Source: an uncultured Chloroflexia bacterium (GTDB taxonomy: Bacteria > Chloroflexota > Limnocylindria > Limnocylindrales > CSP1-4). From it: DNA of 64,000 nucleotides. Positions 9,608-20,300 of the stretch are shown piece after piece. Where the stretch lies: assembly GCA_963717255.1 (NCBI GenBank), contig CAVQVT010000014.1, positions 8,751 to 72,750 of the forward strand, written 5' to 3'. The notes below the pieces were generated by a model, which ran no database searches, was not told where the DNA came from, and saw only the letters and a program-made list of their open reading frames with translations. Each line of letters starts with the position of its first letter. Positions within the stretch are counted from its first letter, which is position 1. The position numbers and the translations under genes are program-made.

Positions 9608-10263
9608 TCGGATGGCCGGCGGGAGGTACCCGGCGGCCGATGGCAGGGCGCCGGCGCGTGGGCGCCGGGGGAATGGAGGGAACGATGAGGCTCATCGGAG
9701 GACACTTGCCCGTTCAGGGCGGCGTCATGGGGCTCGCGGTCGCGGCGGCGGTCGTGTTCGCGGCCTGCTCGAGCTCGGGAGAGTCCCCGTCGTCGTCGCA
9801 GGGTGCGGCGGCGTCCGGACAGATGCAGGTGACGGATGCGTGGGCACGGCCCACCATGGGCAAGGACGTCCCGAGCGCCGCCTACCTGACGGTCACCAAC
9901 GGGACCGGCCAGGACGATGCGCTCGTGTCGGCGAGCTCGCCCGCCGCGAAGGTCGTAGAGCTCCACGAGGTCGTTCCGGCCGGCTCCGCGATGCCGGAAG
10001 GCTCGGGCGATGGGATGGGGATGGCGAGCGAGGCGCCGACAGGCTCGATGGGCATGGACGGGATGGACGGGATGATGGTGATGCGGCCCGTCGAGAGCAT
10101 CGAACTCCCCAGTGGAGCGTCGGTCGAGCTCAAGCCGGGCGGCTACCACATCATGCTCATCGAGCCCACCTCCGAGCTGAAGCCGGGCGATAAGGTCGAG
10201 CTGACGCTGACGTTCGCGAAGGCTCCGCAGCAGGTGGTCACGGCCGTCGTCAAGGAGCCCTGA
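9604..10263 (+). CDS. copper chaperone PCu(A)C (DUF461) lipoprotein; the real start is probably internal (9673-9727)
   Basis: Lipobox VFAACS. The family pattern is present: DAWARPT..AAYLTVTN..ELHEVV..MVMRPV..PGGYHIML..GDKVELTLTF. Confidence 0.8.
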   Translation: MIGWPAGGTRRPMAGRRRVGAGGMEGTMRLIGGHLPVQGGVMGLAVAAAVVFAACSSSGESPSSSQGAAASGQMQVTDAWARPTMGKDVPSAAYLTVTNGTGQDDALVSASSPAAKVVELHEVVPAGSAMPEGSGDGMGMASEAPTGSMGMDGMDGMMVMRPVESIELPSGASVELKPGGYHIMLIEPTSELKPGDKVELTLTFAKAPQQVVTAVVKEP

Positions 10264-10463
10264 CCGCCGGAACGCCTTTCGAGTGGGCGCGGCCGTCGCG
10301 CCCGCTCGGAATGAGCGATCCGCGACGCCGGCCGCGGTACAGTCGGTAGGGCGGCTCCGCCCGTCCGGACGGCCCGAACGGCCCACGACCCGGTCGACGG
10401 AGGGCGGCTAGGCTGGCGCATCCGGAAGTCCGGGTCGCCGTCATCGCGTGAAGGGAGCACGAC

Positions 10464-11768
10464 ATGACAGACACCGCGGCCGTGGCCAGCGCCGCCACGC
10501 TGCGCGTCGGCGAGGTCGAGCTGGAGTTGCCGCTCGAGCACGCGTCGGTGGGTCACCCCGTCTTCAACGTCGGGGCGCTCCTGGCGAAGGGCGGCATCAC
10601 GACGCTCGACTACGGGTTCGCGAACACGGCCGCGACGCGCAGCGCGATCACGTACATCGACGGCGACAACGGGATCCTGCGCTACCGCGGCTACCCGATC
10701 GAGCAGCTCGCGGAGCAGTCCACCTTCCTCGAGACGGCATACCTGCTCGTCTACGGCGAGCTGCCGACGGCCGACCAGCTGGCGGCCTGGGAGTCGGCGA
10801 TCACCCACCACACGCTGATCGACGAGGACTTCCGGCGCTTCTTCGAGGGCTTCCCGCGGAAGGCGCATCCGATGGGCGTGCTCGGGTCGGCGGTGATGGC
10901 GCTCTCGACCTTCTACCCCGATTCGATCGACCCATTCGACCCCGATGACGTGGAGATCAGCACGATCCGCGTGCTCGCGAAGCTCCCGACGATCGCGGCG
11001 GCCGCTCACAAGCACTCCATCGGCCAGCCGTTCGTGTACCCGGACAACGCGCTCGACTACGAGAGCAACTTCCTCCGGATGATGTTCGCGGTCCCCACGG
11101 AGCCGTATCACGTGGACCCCGAGGTCGCCGCCGCGATGCGCGTCCTCCTCATCCTCCACGCGGACCACGAGCAGAACTGCTCCACGTCCACGGTCCGCTT
11201 CGTCGGCTCCAGCCACGCGAACCTGTACGCCTCGGTGTCGGCGGGCGTCTCCGCCCTCTGGGGCCCACTCCACGGCGGCGCCAACCAGGAGGTCCTGGAG
11301 ATGCTCCGCGCGGTCCAGGCCGACGGAGGGGACGTGGGCAAGGCGGTCGCCCGGGCGAAGGACAAGGACGACCCGTTCCGCCTGATGGGCTTCGGGCACC
11401 GCGTGTACAAGAACTACGACCCGCGGGCGAAGATCATCAAGCGGGCAGCGGACACGATCCTCAACAAGGCCGGGCAGCACGACCCGCTCCTCGACATCGC
11501 CATGCAGCTCGAGGACGCCGCGCTCACAGATCCGTACTTCATCGAGAGGAAGCTCTACCCGAACGTCGACTTCTACAGCGGCCTCATCTACCACGCGCTC
11601 GGTTTCCCGGTCGAGATGTTCACTGTCCTCTTCGCGATCGGACGCGCACCCGGCTGGGTCTCCCATTGGCGCGAGATGATCCGCGACAAGGACACGAAGA
11701 TCGGGCGGCCGCGGCAGCTCTACACGGGCGTCGTCGAGCGCCCGTACGTGCCGATCGACCAGCGCTGA
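10464..11768 (+). CDS. gltA: citrate synthase (type II)
   Basis: 434 aa. Motifs LHADHEQNCSTSTVR, GPLHGGANQEV and GFGHRVYKNYDPRA. RBS AAGGGAG lies upstream of the ATG. Confidence 0.95.
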   Translation: MTDTAAVASAATLRVGEVELELPLEHASVGHPVFNVGALLAKGGITTLDYGFANTAATRSAITYIDGDNGILRYRGYPIEQLAEQSTFLETAYLLVYGELPTADQLAAWESAITHHTLIDEDFRRFFEGFPRKAHPMGVLGSAVMALSTFYPDSIDPFDPDDVEISTIRVLAKLPTIAAAAHKHSIGQPFVYPDNALDYESNFLRMMFAVPTEPYHVDPEVAAAMRVLLILHADHEQNCSTSTVRFVGSSHANLYASVSAGVSALWGPLHGGANQEVLEMLRAVQADGGDVGKAVARAKDKDDPFRLMGFGHRVYKNYDPRAKIIKRAADTILNKAGQHDPLLDIAMQLEDAALTDPYFIERKLYPNVDFYSGLIYHALGFPVEMFTVLFAIGRAPGWVSHWREMIRDKDTKIGRPRQLYTGVVERPYVPIDQR

Positions 11769-11819
11769 GGGCTCCGGACCGCGCCGGGCGGCGCGCGGTC
11801 CGCCGGGCGGTCGCAACCT

Positions 11820-13607
11820 CTAGGGCGCCGGCGTCCCCGCCGGCCGCTGGCGGGCGAACGCGCCGACGATCGGGTCCGCGACGCCGAGCTCCGCGAGGTC
11901 CGACCCGTCCGGCCGAACCGTCGCGAGCGTCATCGTGCCGGCGCCCCGGTGGGCAAGGCTGAAGAGGATCGCCGATCCGTCCGGTGACCAGGCCGGCCAG
12001 AAGGCTGCGCCGTCGACGCTCTCGAGGTCCGTGAGGCACGTGAGCCCGCTGCCGTCGGGGCGGATCGCGTAGAGCTCGGATGTCGGATGCTGCGGGTCGA
12101 ACGGGTCCAGCGCTCCGGCCGAGAAGACGATGAGGTCCTCGGTCGGATGCCACGCGGCGCTCCCCGCGTACATCTCCGGGTCCACGAGCCGGCGCACCGT
12201 CGGAGGTGACGAAGCCAGGTCGACGACCGCAAGCGAGGTGCCGCGGATCTCGGGCGCAGCCGCGGTCGTCCCGGCAGAGACCGTCGCATCGATCACGACG
12301 AGGCGCCGACCGTCGCCCGACCACCGCGGCAGAGCGAGGATCCGGGGCGGTCGGCTCTCGAGCACGGTCGAGACCGTTTCGCTCGCGACGTCGAGCGTCC
12401 GGAGGCTGGATCCGGCGAGCGAGTCGCCGGCGACGTCGAGGCGCCAGAAGGCGATCGACCGGCCGTCCGGCGACCAGGCAGGGCCTCCCACCTCGGTGCA
12501 GGGAGGCGCACAGTCGACGAGGCGCGTGACGTCGGTCCCGTCCCAGTCGGCGGCCCACAGGTCCCTGGTGCCGTCGGCGTCGACGCCGATGAATGCGTAG
12601 CGCTCCCCGTCGGGAGACCAGTCGACCTCGCCGGACACCTCCTCCGGACCGCCGGCCAGCGCGGGCTCGACCTCGTCGGTGCCCGGCCGGAGGCGCCAGA
12701 GCTGTCGCTCGTCGTACCGGAAGAAGAGGACCCACGGGACGGCCGCGTCAGGGGCACGGGTCGGCGCCGGGGAACCCGGCGCCATCGACGACGCGGCCCC
12801 CGACGGCGGCGCCAGGTCGCAGTCGGGCGTCGTGCAGAGCTCGAGCCCGAGCGCGGCGAACCCCTCCGCGAGCGGCGTGAACGCCATCCGCCCGCCGAGG
12901 CTGCGGCTCACGATCCCTGCCGGCTTCCCGTCCACGAACACTGGCCCACCCGAGTCGCCGACGCGGGCCCGGGTGTCCGTGAGGACGAGGCACGGGAAGT
13001 GGTCGCCGTCACCATCCACCAGGTGCGGCGCCACGTCCAGGACGGTCCCGCGCCGGTAGCCGAGCACGCCGGTCGCCTCCATCGGGTCGCCGGGCTCGAT
13101 GTCCGCGCACGCGAGCGGCCGCGTGCCCGCGAGGCTCCGGATCCCCGATCGGCCCATCCGGACCGTGTCCAGCAGGCCCCAGGGGATCCGGTCCGGTGCC
13201 AGGACGACATAGGTCATGTCCGAGGCGAGGCACCGGCGGTCCGGCGCATCGCACGGGTCGATCAGCGCGAGCGGTCCCCAGGTGCCGAGGTGCCGGCCGC
13301 GTGCGTCGGTGACCGCGGCGCCCTCCACGCCGTGGCAGTGGGCCACGGCCACGAGGACGACCTTGTCCCCGTGGCGCGCGTAGACGTTCCCGAAGCACGG
13401 GTACGCGATCTGGTGTCCGGCCATGATCGCGTCGTCCGCGTACCCGGCCGACATGGGCGGGAGGAAGCGCAGGAGGACGATCGCGAGGAGGCAGGCGAGG
13501 GCGGCCACCAGCGTCCACGTGAGCGTCCGCACGACCTCCCGGCGCTCCGACGGAGCCGGGCCCGCCGGGTCCGCGCAGGGCGGCTCGGAGGACCTGCGTG
13601 CGTCCAT
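11820..13607 (-). CDS. membrane-anchored chymotrypsin-like (S1) serine protease fused to a TolB-like PD40 beta-propeller
   Basis: N-terminal TM helix. Catalytic triad context AVAHCHG / DMTYVVL / GDSGGPVF. Repeated PD40-type blades are present: WSPDGERYAF, PAWSPDGRSIAF, WSGDGRRLVV, AAWHPTEDLIVF, PAWSPDGSAILF. Confidence 0.75.
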   Translation of the reverse strand: MDARRSSEPPCADPAGPAPSERREVVRTLTWTLVAALACLLAIVLLRFLPPMSAGYADDAIMAGHQIAYPCFGNVYARHGDKVVLVAVAHCHGVEGAAVTDARGRHLGTWGPLALIDPCDAPDRRCLASDMTYVVLAPDRIPWGLLDTVRMGRSGIRSLAGTRPLACADIEPGDPMEATGVLGYRRGTVLDVAPHLVDGDGDHFPCLVLTDTRARVGDSGGPVFVDGKPAGIVSRSLGGRMAFTPLAEGFAALGLELCTTPDCDLAPPSGAASSMAPGSPAPTRAPDAAVPWVLFFRYDERQLWRLRPGTDEVEPALAGGPEEVSGEVDWSPDGERYAFIGVDADGTRDLWAADWDGTDVTRLVDCAPPCTEVGGPAWSPDGRSIAFWRLDVAGDSLAGSSLRTLDVASETVSTVLESRPPRILALPRWSGDGRRLVVIDATVSAGTTAAAPEIRGTSLAVVDLASSPPTVRRLVDPEMYAGSAAWHPTEDLIVFSAGALDPFDPQHPTSELYAIRPDGSGLTCLTDLESVDGAAFWPAWSPDGSAILFSLAHRGAGTMTLATVRPDGSDLAELGVADPIVGAFARQRPAGTPAP

Positions 13608-13616
13608 CGCGGCCGT

Positions 13617-14288
13617 TCAGCCGGCCCCGGCCGGCCGCGACGCGCCGAGGATCAGCGCGGGGAGGACCGCCCGCGCCATCGCATCCGGGTCGTCCCCTCC
13701 CGAGAGCAGCGTCCGCCGGATGCTGCGCTCGACGATGGCGACCGCGGCGTCCGCGACGTCGGTCGCGTCCGCCGTGAGCTCGCGGCCGAGCTGGGCGATC
13801 CCGTGCTCGATGAACTGCACGATCCGCGCCCGGAACCGGTCGTCCGCCTCGAGGAACGGGCGCGACGAGGACGGCTGGCGCACGGCATGGATCTCCATCT
13901 CCGTCTGGACGAGCGAGAGGAACCGGTCGCCGGGGACCGACGCGAGGATCCGCTCCACGATCCCGCCGAGGACCCCGGCCGGGTCCGCGGCCACTCCGGC
14001 CGCCTCGGCCAGCGCCCCCGGCTCGTCACCGAAGAGGTCCAGGTTCGCGTCGAGGTAGGCGAGGAGACGCGCGTGCTCGCGCTCGATCAGCGCCTGGAGC
14101 ACGTCCTCCTTGTCCGCGAAGTTCGAGTAGAAGGCGCCGCGCGTGAACCCCGCCTGCTCGCAGATCTCCTCGACGGTGCCGCCGAAGACGCCTCGCTCCG
14201 CGAAGACGACCAGCGCGGCGTCCAGCACGCGCTCGCGGGTCGCGTCACGACGCGCCGAGCGGATCGGCTCCCTCGCCTCCACGCTCAC
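13617..14288 (-). CDS. TetR/AcrR family transcriptional regulator (GTG start at 14288 preferred over the annotated 14381)
   Basis: HTH region RERVLDAALVVFAERGVFGGTVEEICEQAGFTRGAFYSNFADKEDV. Divergent from the MMPL gene. Confidence 0.85.
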   Translation of the reverse strand: MSVEAREPIRSARRDATRERVLDAALVVFAERGVFGGTVEEICEQAGFTRGAFYSNFADKEDVLQALIEREHARLLAYLDANLDLFGDEPGALAEAAGVAADPAGVLGGIVERILASVPGDRFLSLVQTEMEIHAVRQPSSSRPFLEADDRFRARIVQFIEHGIAQLGRELTADATDVADAAVAIVERSIRRTLLSGGDDPDAMARAVLPALILGASRPAGAG

Positions 14289-14304
14289 GTCCCATCCCCC
14301 AAAT

Positions 14305-14355
14305 GGATACACGGTCGTACTCGATACGTTGACGTATCGGATACGCCTCCGTATC
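14305..14355. promoter_or_regulatory. candidate TetR operator(s) in the divergent TetR/MMPL intergenic region
   Basis: Two adjacent inverted repeats are built from the same half-site: GATACGT-tg-ACGTATC (14323-14338) and GATACG-cctc-CGTATC (14340-14355). A further GATAC lies at 14305-14309. Confidence 0.5.
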
Positions 14356-14436
14356 GTAGTGGGTGCCCCAGCACGGCGCAACCCTCTCGACAGACGCGGG
14401 CCGAGGTCGTCCCCCGATCGGCCACGGAGGCAGGCG

Positions 14437-17335
14437 ATGTTCGAACGACTCGGTGTCCAGGCATTCAGGCTCCGGTATCCTCATCGTCGTCGTCTGGGTC
14501 GTCCTCGCCGTGCTGTCCGTCCAATTCGCGCCGTCTCTCGCCACCAGCGGCGCTGCGGACCAGGCCGGGTTCCTCCCTGCGTCCGCGCCGTCCGTGCAGG
14601 CCACCGCCGCCATCGAGAAGGCGTTCCCGGGATCGTCGGCTTCGAGCTCAGCCGTGCTCACGTTCTCCCGCGAGAGCGGGCTGACCGGCGCGGACCGCGT
14701 CTACATCGCCGGCGTCGCCGCGTGGATGTCGAGCGCCGACGCGCCGCAGGAGGTCCGCGACGCCGTGAAGAGCGTCGACTCCGCCACGTCCCGCCCCGAG
14801 CTCGCCTCGATGCTTCGGAGCTCCGACGGGATCCTCGAGTTGCTGACGGTGAACCTCAGCATCGGGTCCGCCGGCGAAGCGGCCGACACGGTCGTCACCC
14901 AGCTGCGCGACCATATGGCGGCGACGACCCCCGCTGGCCTCGAGACGCACGTCACGGGCGCCGCTGGCATCACCACCGACTACATCCGGGCGATCGAGTC
15001 CGGCACGGACAGCACGACGATCGTGACGATCATCCTCGTCGTCATCATCCTGCTGCTCATCTACCGCGCGCCCCTCGCCGCGCTCGTGCCGCTGCTGACC
15101 ATCGGTGCGGCGTTCGTGGTCGCCCGCGGCGTCCTGGGCACGCTCGCCGCCGCGGGCTGGCAGATCTCGTCGCTCCTCGACACGTTCGTCGTCGTGCTGG
15201 TCTTCGGCGTCGGCACCGACTACGCCATCTTCCTGATCTCCCGCTATCGCGAGGAGGTCCGCCACGAGGGCTGGCACGAGGCGGTCCGCGACACCGTCAA
15301 GCGGATCGGCGCGGTGATCAGCGCGAGCGCGGCCACGGTCATCGTCGGCCTCGCCGCGATGGCGTTCGCCGACTTCGAGATGATCCGGACGATCGGTCCT
15401 GCGCTCGGCGTTGCGGTGTTCATCACGCTCCTCGCGGGGCTTACCCTCACGCCGGCGCTCCTGGGGATCTTCGGCCACTACCTCTTCTGGCCGCTCCACA
15501 TGCGGACCGCCGGCGACGGCGAGCCGGACGGCTTCTTCGCGCGCCTGGCGTCGGGCGTGTCGCGCCATCCGGGCGTGGTCACCGTCGCGCTGACGGTGGT
15601 GCTGGCCATCCCGATCCTCTACGTGCCCCAGGCGAAGACCAACTTCGACACGCTCGCAGAGCTGCCGGAGTCGTCGGACGCCCGGGCGGGCTACGACATC
15701 GTCGCCGCGCACCTCGGCAAGGGACGCATCACCCAGTCCACGGCGCTCATCGACGCGCCCGGATCCGGGGACATGCTCGCGCCGGCGTCGCTCGCACGCC
15801 TGCGCGACACGGTCGCCGCGCTCGAGGCGACGCCCGGGGTGGACACGGTGACGAGCCTCGTCACGCCGAACGGCGACGGGATCGTCCCCGACGGGCTCCG
15901 GCCATCCCTGCAGCTCGGCACGATCGCCGACGAGCTCGACGCGAAGGACGGCGGCACGTCGGCCGACACGTCGGCACTCCTCGACGCGGAGGTCGCGGAC
16001 GGGCTCACCTCGGCCCTCGACTACGTGAGCGCCCTGGGCGTGGCCTTCCCGGACGTCGCCGGCCGCTCCGAGTATCGTGCCGCGACGCGCGCGGTCGAGG
16101 ATGCGCAGGCGGTCGTCGAGAACGTGCGCGAGCAGAGCCGGCTCTCGACCCAGCTGCGCACGCTCGCCGCCATGCTCACGTCCACGAGCGCCCTCGCGAG
16201 CTCGGGCGGCGACGCCGACACCGGCCTGATCGCCCGGTACCTCGACGAGCTCGCGGCCGCCTACACCGAGGTCCGAAGCCTGCCCGCGTACGCGGATGCG
16301 AAGGCTGCCGCGGCGGACATCGCGAAGGAGCCCACGATCGACGCGGCCGTCGCAGCGTCGAACGCGCTCCGGTCGCTCGCGACGCACTTCGACGCGCGGC
16401 CGGAGGCCACGCTCGCCCCGGAGAGCCTCGCCGGGACGGACGCCGCCAAGGAGGCGCGGCGGAAGGCCGAGGCCACGTTCGCGGCGCTGCCCGTCGCCTT
16501 CCGCGACCTCGCGACCGTCTTCGCCGGCCGGTCGGACGACCTCTTCGTCCCGGTCGGGATCGGCGGCGACCGGGCCGCGGACATCCAGAAGGCGACCGAC
16601 GCGTTCGTCTCGCGGGACCGCTCCGCGACCCGCTTCTACGTCACGACGACCGACGACCCGTACTCGATCGACGCGTTCGCCGCGGTCCGCGCTGCACAGG
16701 ACGTGCTCGCGGCCGCCGCGCCGGCGTTCGGCCAGGGGACGGTCAGCCACCTCGGCGGCTCGACCACCCAGCTGGCGGACGTCCAGGACGTCCTCTCCAC
16801 CGATTTCGTGCGCGTCGGGATCATCACGGTCCTGGGCATCCTCGTCGTTCTGATCGTCCTGCTCCGCGCGCTCGTGGCGCCGCTCTACCTCGTCGCGACC
16901 GTCCTCCTCTCGTACGGGTGTGCCCTCGGCCTCTCCGGGTTCCTGTTCCAGGAGGTCCTGGGGCAGCCCGGGATCAGCTTCTACCTCCCGCTCATCGTCT
17001 TCGTCCTCCTGGTCGCACTGGGGGCCGACTACAACATCTTCCTCATGAGCCGCGTCCGCGAGGAGAGCGTGGCCCGACCGATCCGCGACGGCATCCGGGT
17101 CGCGTCCGGCAAGACCGGCGCCGTCATCACGTCCGCCGGTCTCATCCTCGCGGGGACCTTCGGCTCGATGGCGACGGCGCCGCTCGTCGTCTTGTTCCAG
17201 GTGGGCGTCGCGGTGGCGATCGGCGTCCTCATCGACACCTTCCTCGTCCGTTCGATCCTCGTCCCGGCGATCACGACGCTCGTCGGCGACCGTGCCTGGT
17301 GGCCGTCCGGGCTCCGCTTCGGGGAGCGCGGGATC
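14437..17335 (+). pseudogene. MMPL family (RND superfamily) transporter; needs one frame correction near 14475 and has no stop codon before the YhgE/Pip part
   Basis: GGAGG lies 6 nt upstream of the ATG at 14437, giving the typical MMPL N-terminus MFERLGVQAFRLR. The frame then shifts into ILIVVVWVVLAVLS.. of ORF 14363..20473. Two MMPL 6-TM bundles are present, with VFGVGTDYAIFLISRYREE and LVALGADYNIFLMSRVREE. Confidence 0.8.
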
Positions 17336-20300
17336 GTGCCGGTCCCCGTCGCGGCCGCGCGGGACGGCGGGGTCGCGACGTCGGCCGCGCAGGGCCGTCG
17401 CTCCCGCCGGCGCCTCGCGGTCGCCCTCGTGCTCGCCGCGCTCGTGCCGGTGACGTTCGCCGGCCTCGTCGTCTGGTCGCAGTCGCAGGGCGGCACGTCC
17501 TCGACGCCGGCCGCGGTGGTGGTCCTCGACGAGGGGGCGACCGTCTCCCGCGCCGACGGGACGACCGCGTCGCTCGCGCTGGGTGCGGACCTCGCGGCGC
17601 AGCTCGTCGCCGGCGACGTCACGGACGCGTTCCGGTGGGAGACCGTCGGAGCGGCGGAGGCGGCCGACGGGCTCGCGGCGGGCCGGTACGGCGCCGTCCT
17701 CACGATCCCGGCCGACTTCTCCCGTCGGGTCGCGGCGATCCGCGCCGACGCGACGGGCGGCCAGCCTGCGGCGGGCCTCGACCTGGCGATGGGGCCGGGC
17801 GAGGGCACCGGCGCGACGGAGATCGCCCGCGAGGTGCGGGCGGCGATCACCGCGACCGCGGCGCGGGACGCCGCGGCGTCGTACGTGGAGGACGTGCTCC
17901 TCGCGGTCACCGCGGCCGACCGCACGATCGCCACGGCGTCCACGGACGCGCGATCGCTCGCCGATCGGACGTCGGCCCTCGCCGACGACGCCTCGGGGAT
18001 CCGGACGGTGAGCGGCGAGCTGGTGGTCGGGCTGGACGAGCTCGCGAACGGCGCGACCTCGGCCGTCGACGGCGTCACCGAGCTGGTGGACGGGACGAGC
18101 GCGCTGGCGTCGGGGACGGCGCTCGTGGCCGACGGCGCGACGGCCGTGGCGGCCGGCGCGAAGGACGCGTCGACCGGCGCAGCGGAGCTGTCCTCCGGGG
18201 CGGATTCGCTCTCGGAGGGGCTCCAGACGCTCGACGAGCAGACCGCCGCGCTTCCGGGCCAGACGGCGACGCTCGCCTCGGGCGCGACCGACGTGGCGTC
18301 GGGCGCGACCCAGGCGGCCGCCGGCGCGAACGACCTGGCGACGGGGCTCGGGACGCTGCAGACGCAGACGTCCGGTCTCCCGGACCAGACGCAGCAGCTC
18401 GCCGACGGTGCTGCGCAGCTGTCGACCGGGACGACGAAGGCGGCGGCGGGGGCGACCGAGCTCGCGACGGGCCTCGGGACGATGCAGACGCAGACGACGG
18501 GGCTCGGGGCGCAGACGGCGGCGCTCGCGACAGGTGCCGCGCAGCTCTCGGGCGGGACGACGCAGGCGGCCTCGGGTGCCGCGGATCTCGCGACGGGCCT
18601 GGGGACGCTGCAGGCCCAGACGACGGGGCTGGGCGCGCAGGCCCAGGCGCTCGCGTCCGGCGCATCCGTCCTCGCGACCGGCGCCGCGGGCGTGTCGGGC
18701 GGGGCCACGCAGACGGCCGCCGGCGCGGCGACGCTCGCGCAGGGCGCCGACACCCTCTCCGCGTCTGTCGCCGGCTACACGGCCGCGATCGCGGGGCTGT
18801 CGGCCTCGTGCATCGCCCAGGGCGGCGGCCTGGTCGTGTGCGGCCAGCTCGCCGCGATCGCCGGGCAGGGTCCGGCCCTCGCCACGGGAGCGAGCGACCT
18901 CGCGACGGGGACGCACGGCGTCGCCGACGGCACCGCGCAGGTGGCGGCGGGCGCCACGGGCGTCAGCCAGGGAGCGAGCGACCTCGCGACGGGCACGGCG
19001 ACGTTCGCCGCCGGCGCGCCGCAGCTCGAGGCGGGGATCGCACAGTCGGCGACCGGCGCGAAGGCGCTCGCGGACGCGCTGACGGCCCTCGCGGCGGGCG
19101 CGTCGCAGCTGGCCGACGGCACGGCGAAGCTCGCGGCCGGCATGCCGCAGCTGGAGGCCGGGATCGCCCAGGCGGCGACCGGCGCGAAGGCGCTCGCGGA
19201 CGCGCTGACGGCCCTGGCGGCGGGCGCGTCGCAGCTGACGGACGGCACGGCGAAGCTCGCGGAGGGCACGCCGCAGCTCGCCTCGGGGATCGCGCAGTCG
19301 TCCGACGGAGCGGCCCAGCTCGCCACCGGCACGCAGCAGGTCGCCGACGGTGCGACCCAGCTCGCCACGGGCACGCAGCAGCTGGCCGACGGGATGGTCC
19401 CCCTCGCCTCGGGGGTCGCGAGCGCCGCGTCCGGCGCATCCGACCTCGCGGTCGGCGCCTCCCAGCTCGCCGGCAGGCGTCGCGGACCTCGCGACGGGGT
19501 CCACGAAGGTCGCGGCCGGCGCCGAGAAGACGGCGTCGGGCGCGGAGACACTGGCCGACGGCACGGCCACGGCAGCGTCGAGCTTCGACCAGCTGACGGA
19601 CGCGATGAGCCGGCTCGTCGGCGGCGCGCGCGTCGTCGAATCGCGGTCCGGCCTGCTCGCCGACGACGGCAGTGCCGTGTCGGCGGACGCGGCTCGGGCC
19701 GCGAACGGCCTCGGCGGGGTGGGCGGCCCGGCCGCGCCCGTGACGGATGCGACGAGGGCGGCGGTCGCACGACGGGCCGCGGATCCGGTCGCCGTGCAGG
19801 CGTCCGGGACCGTCGGCACGGGCGGGATGGAGACCGGGATCGCGCCGTACGTGATGGCCCTCGCCCTCTGGCTCGGCGCGCTCGTGGCGTTCCTCGTCCT
19901 GCCGGCCGGCCGGCGCGGACGGGGGCGCCGGTGGTGGGTCGGCCCGGTCGCGGCGTTCGCCGCCGCCGCCGGCCTGGGGACCGTCGGCGCGGTGCTGATG
20001 ATCGCCGGCCTGAACCTCGGCGTCGGAATGGACGTCGCCCGGCTGCCGGCTCTCATCGCGGTCGCGGCGCTGGCGGCCGCCGCGTTCGCGGCGATCATCC
20101 AGGCGCTCGTGATCGCGTTCGGCGACCGTGGCTGGCTCGTCGGGCTGCTCTTCGCCGGCGTCCAGGCGGCCGCGTGCGGGTCCCCGTACCTGGTCGACTC
20201 GCTCCCGGCCCCGCTCGCGTTCATCCGTCCGCTCATGCCGGTGACGTGGGCCGCGGACGCCTTCCGCGCGTGCATCGACGGCACGACGGCCGGCCTCGCG

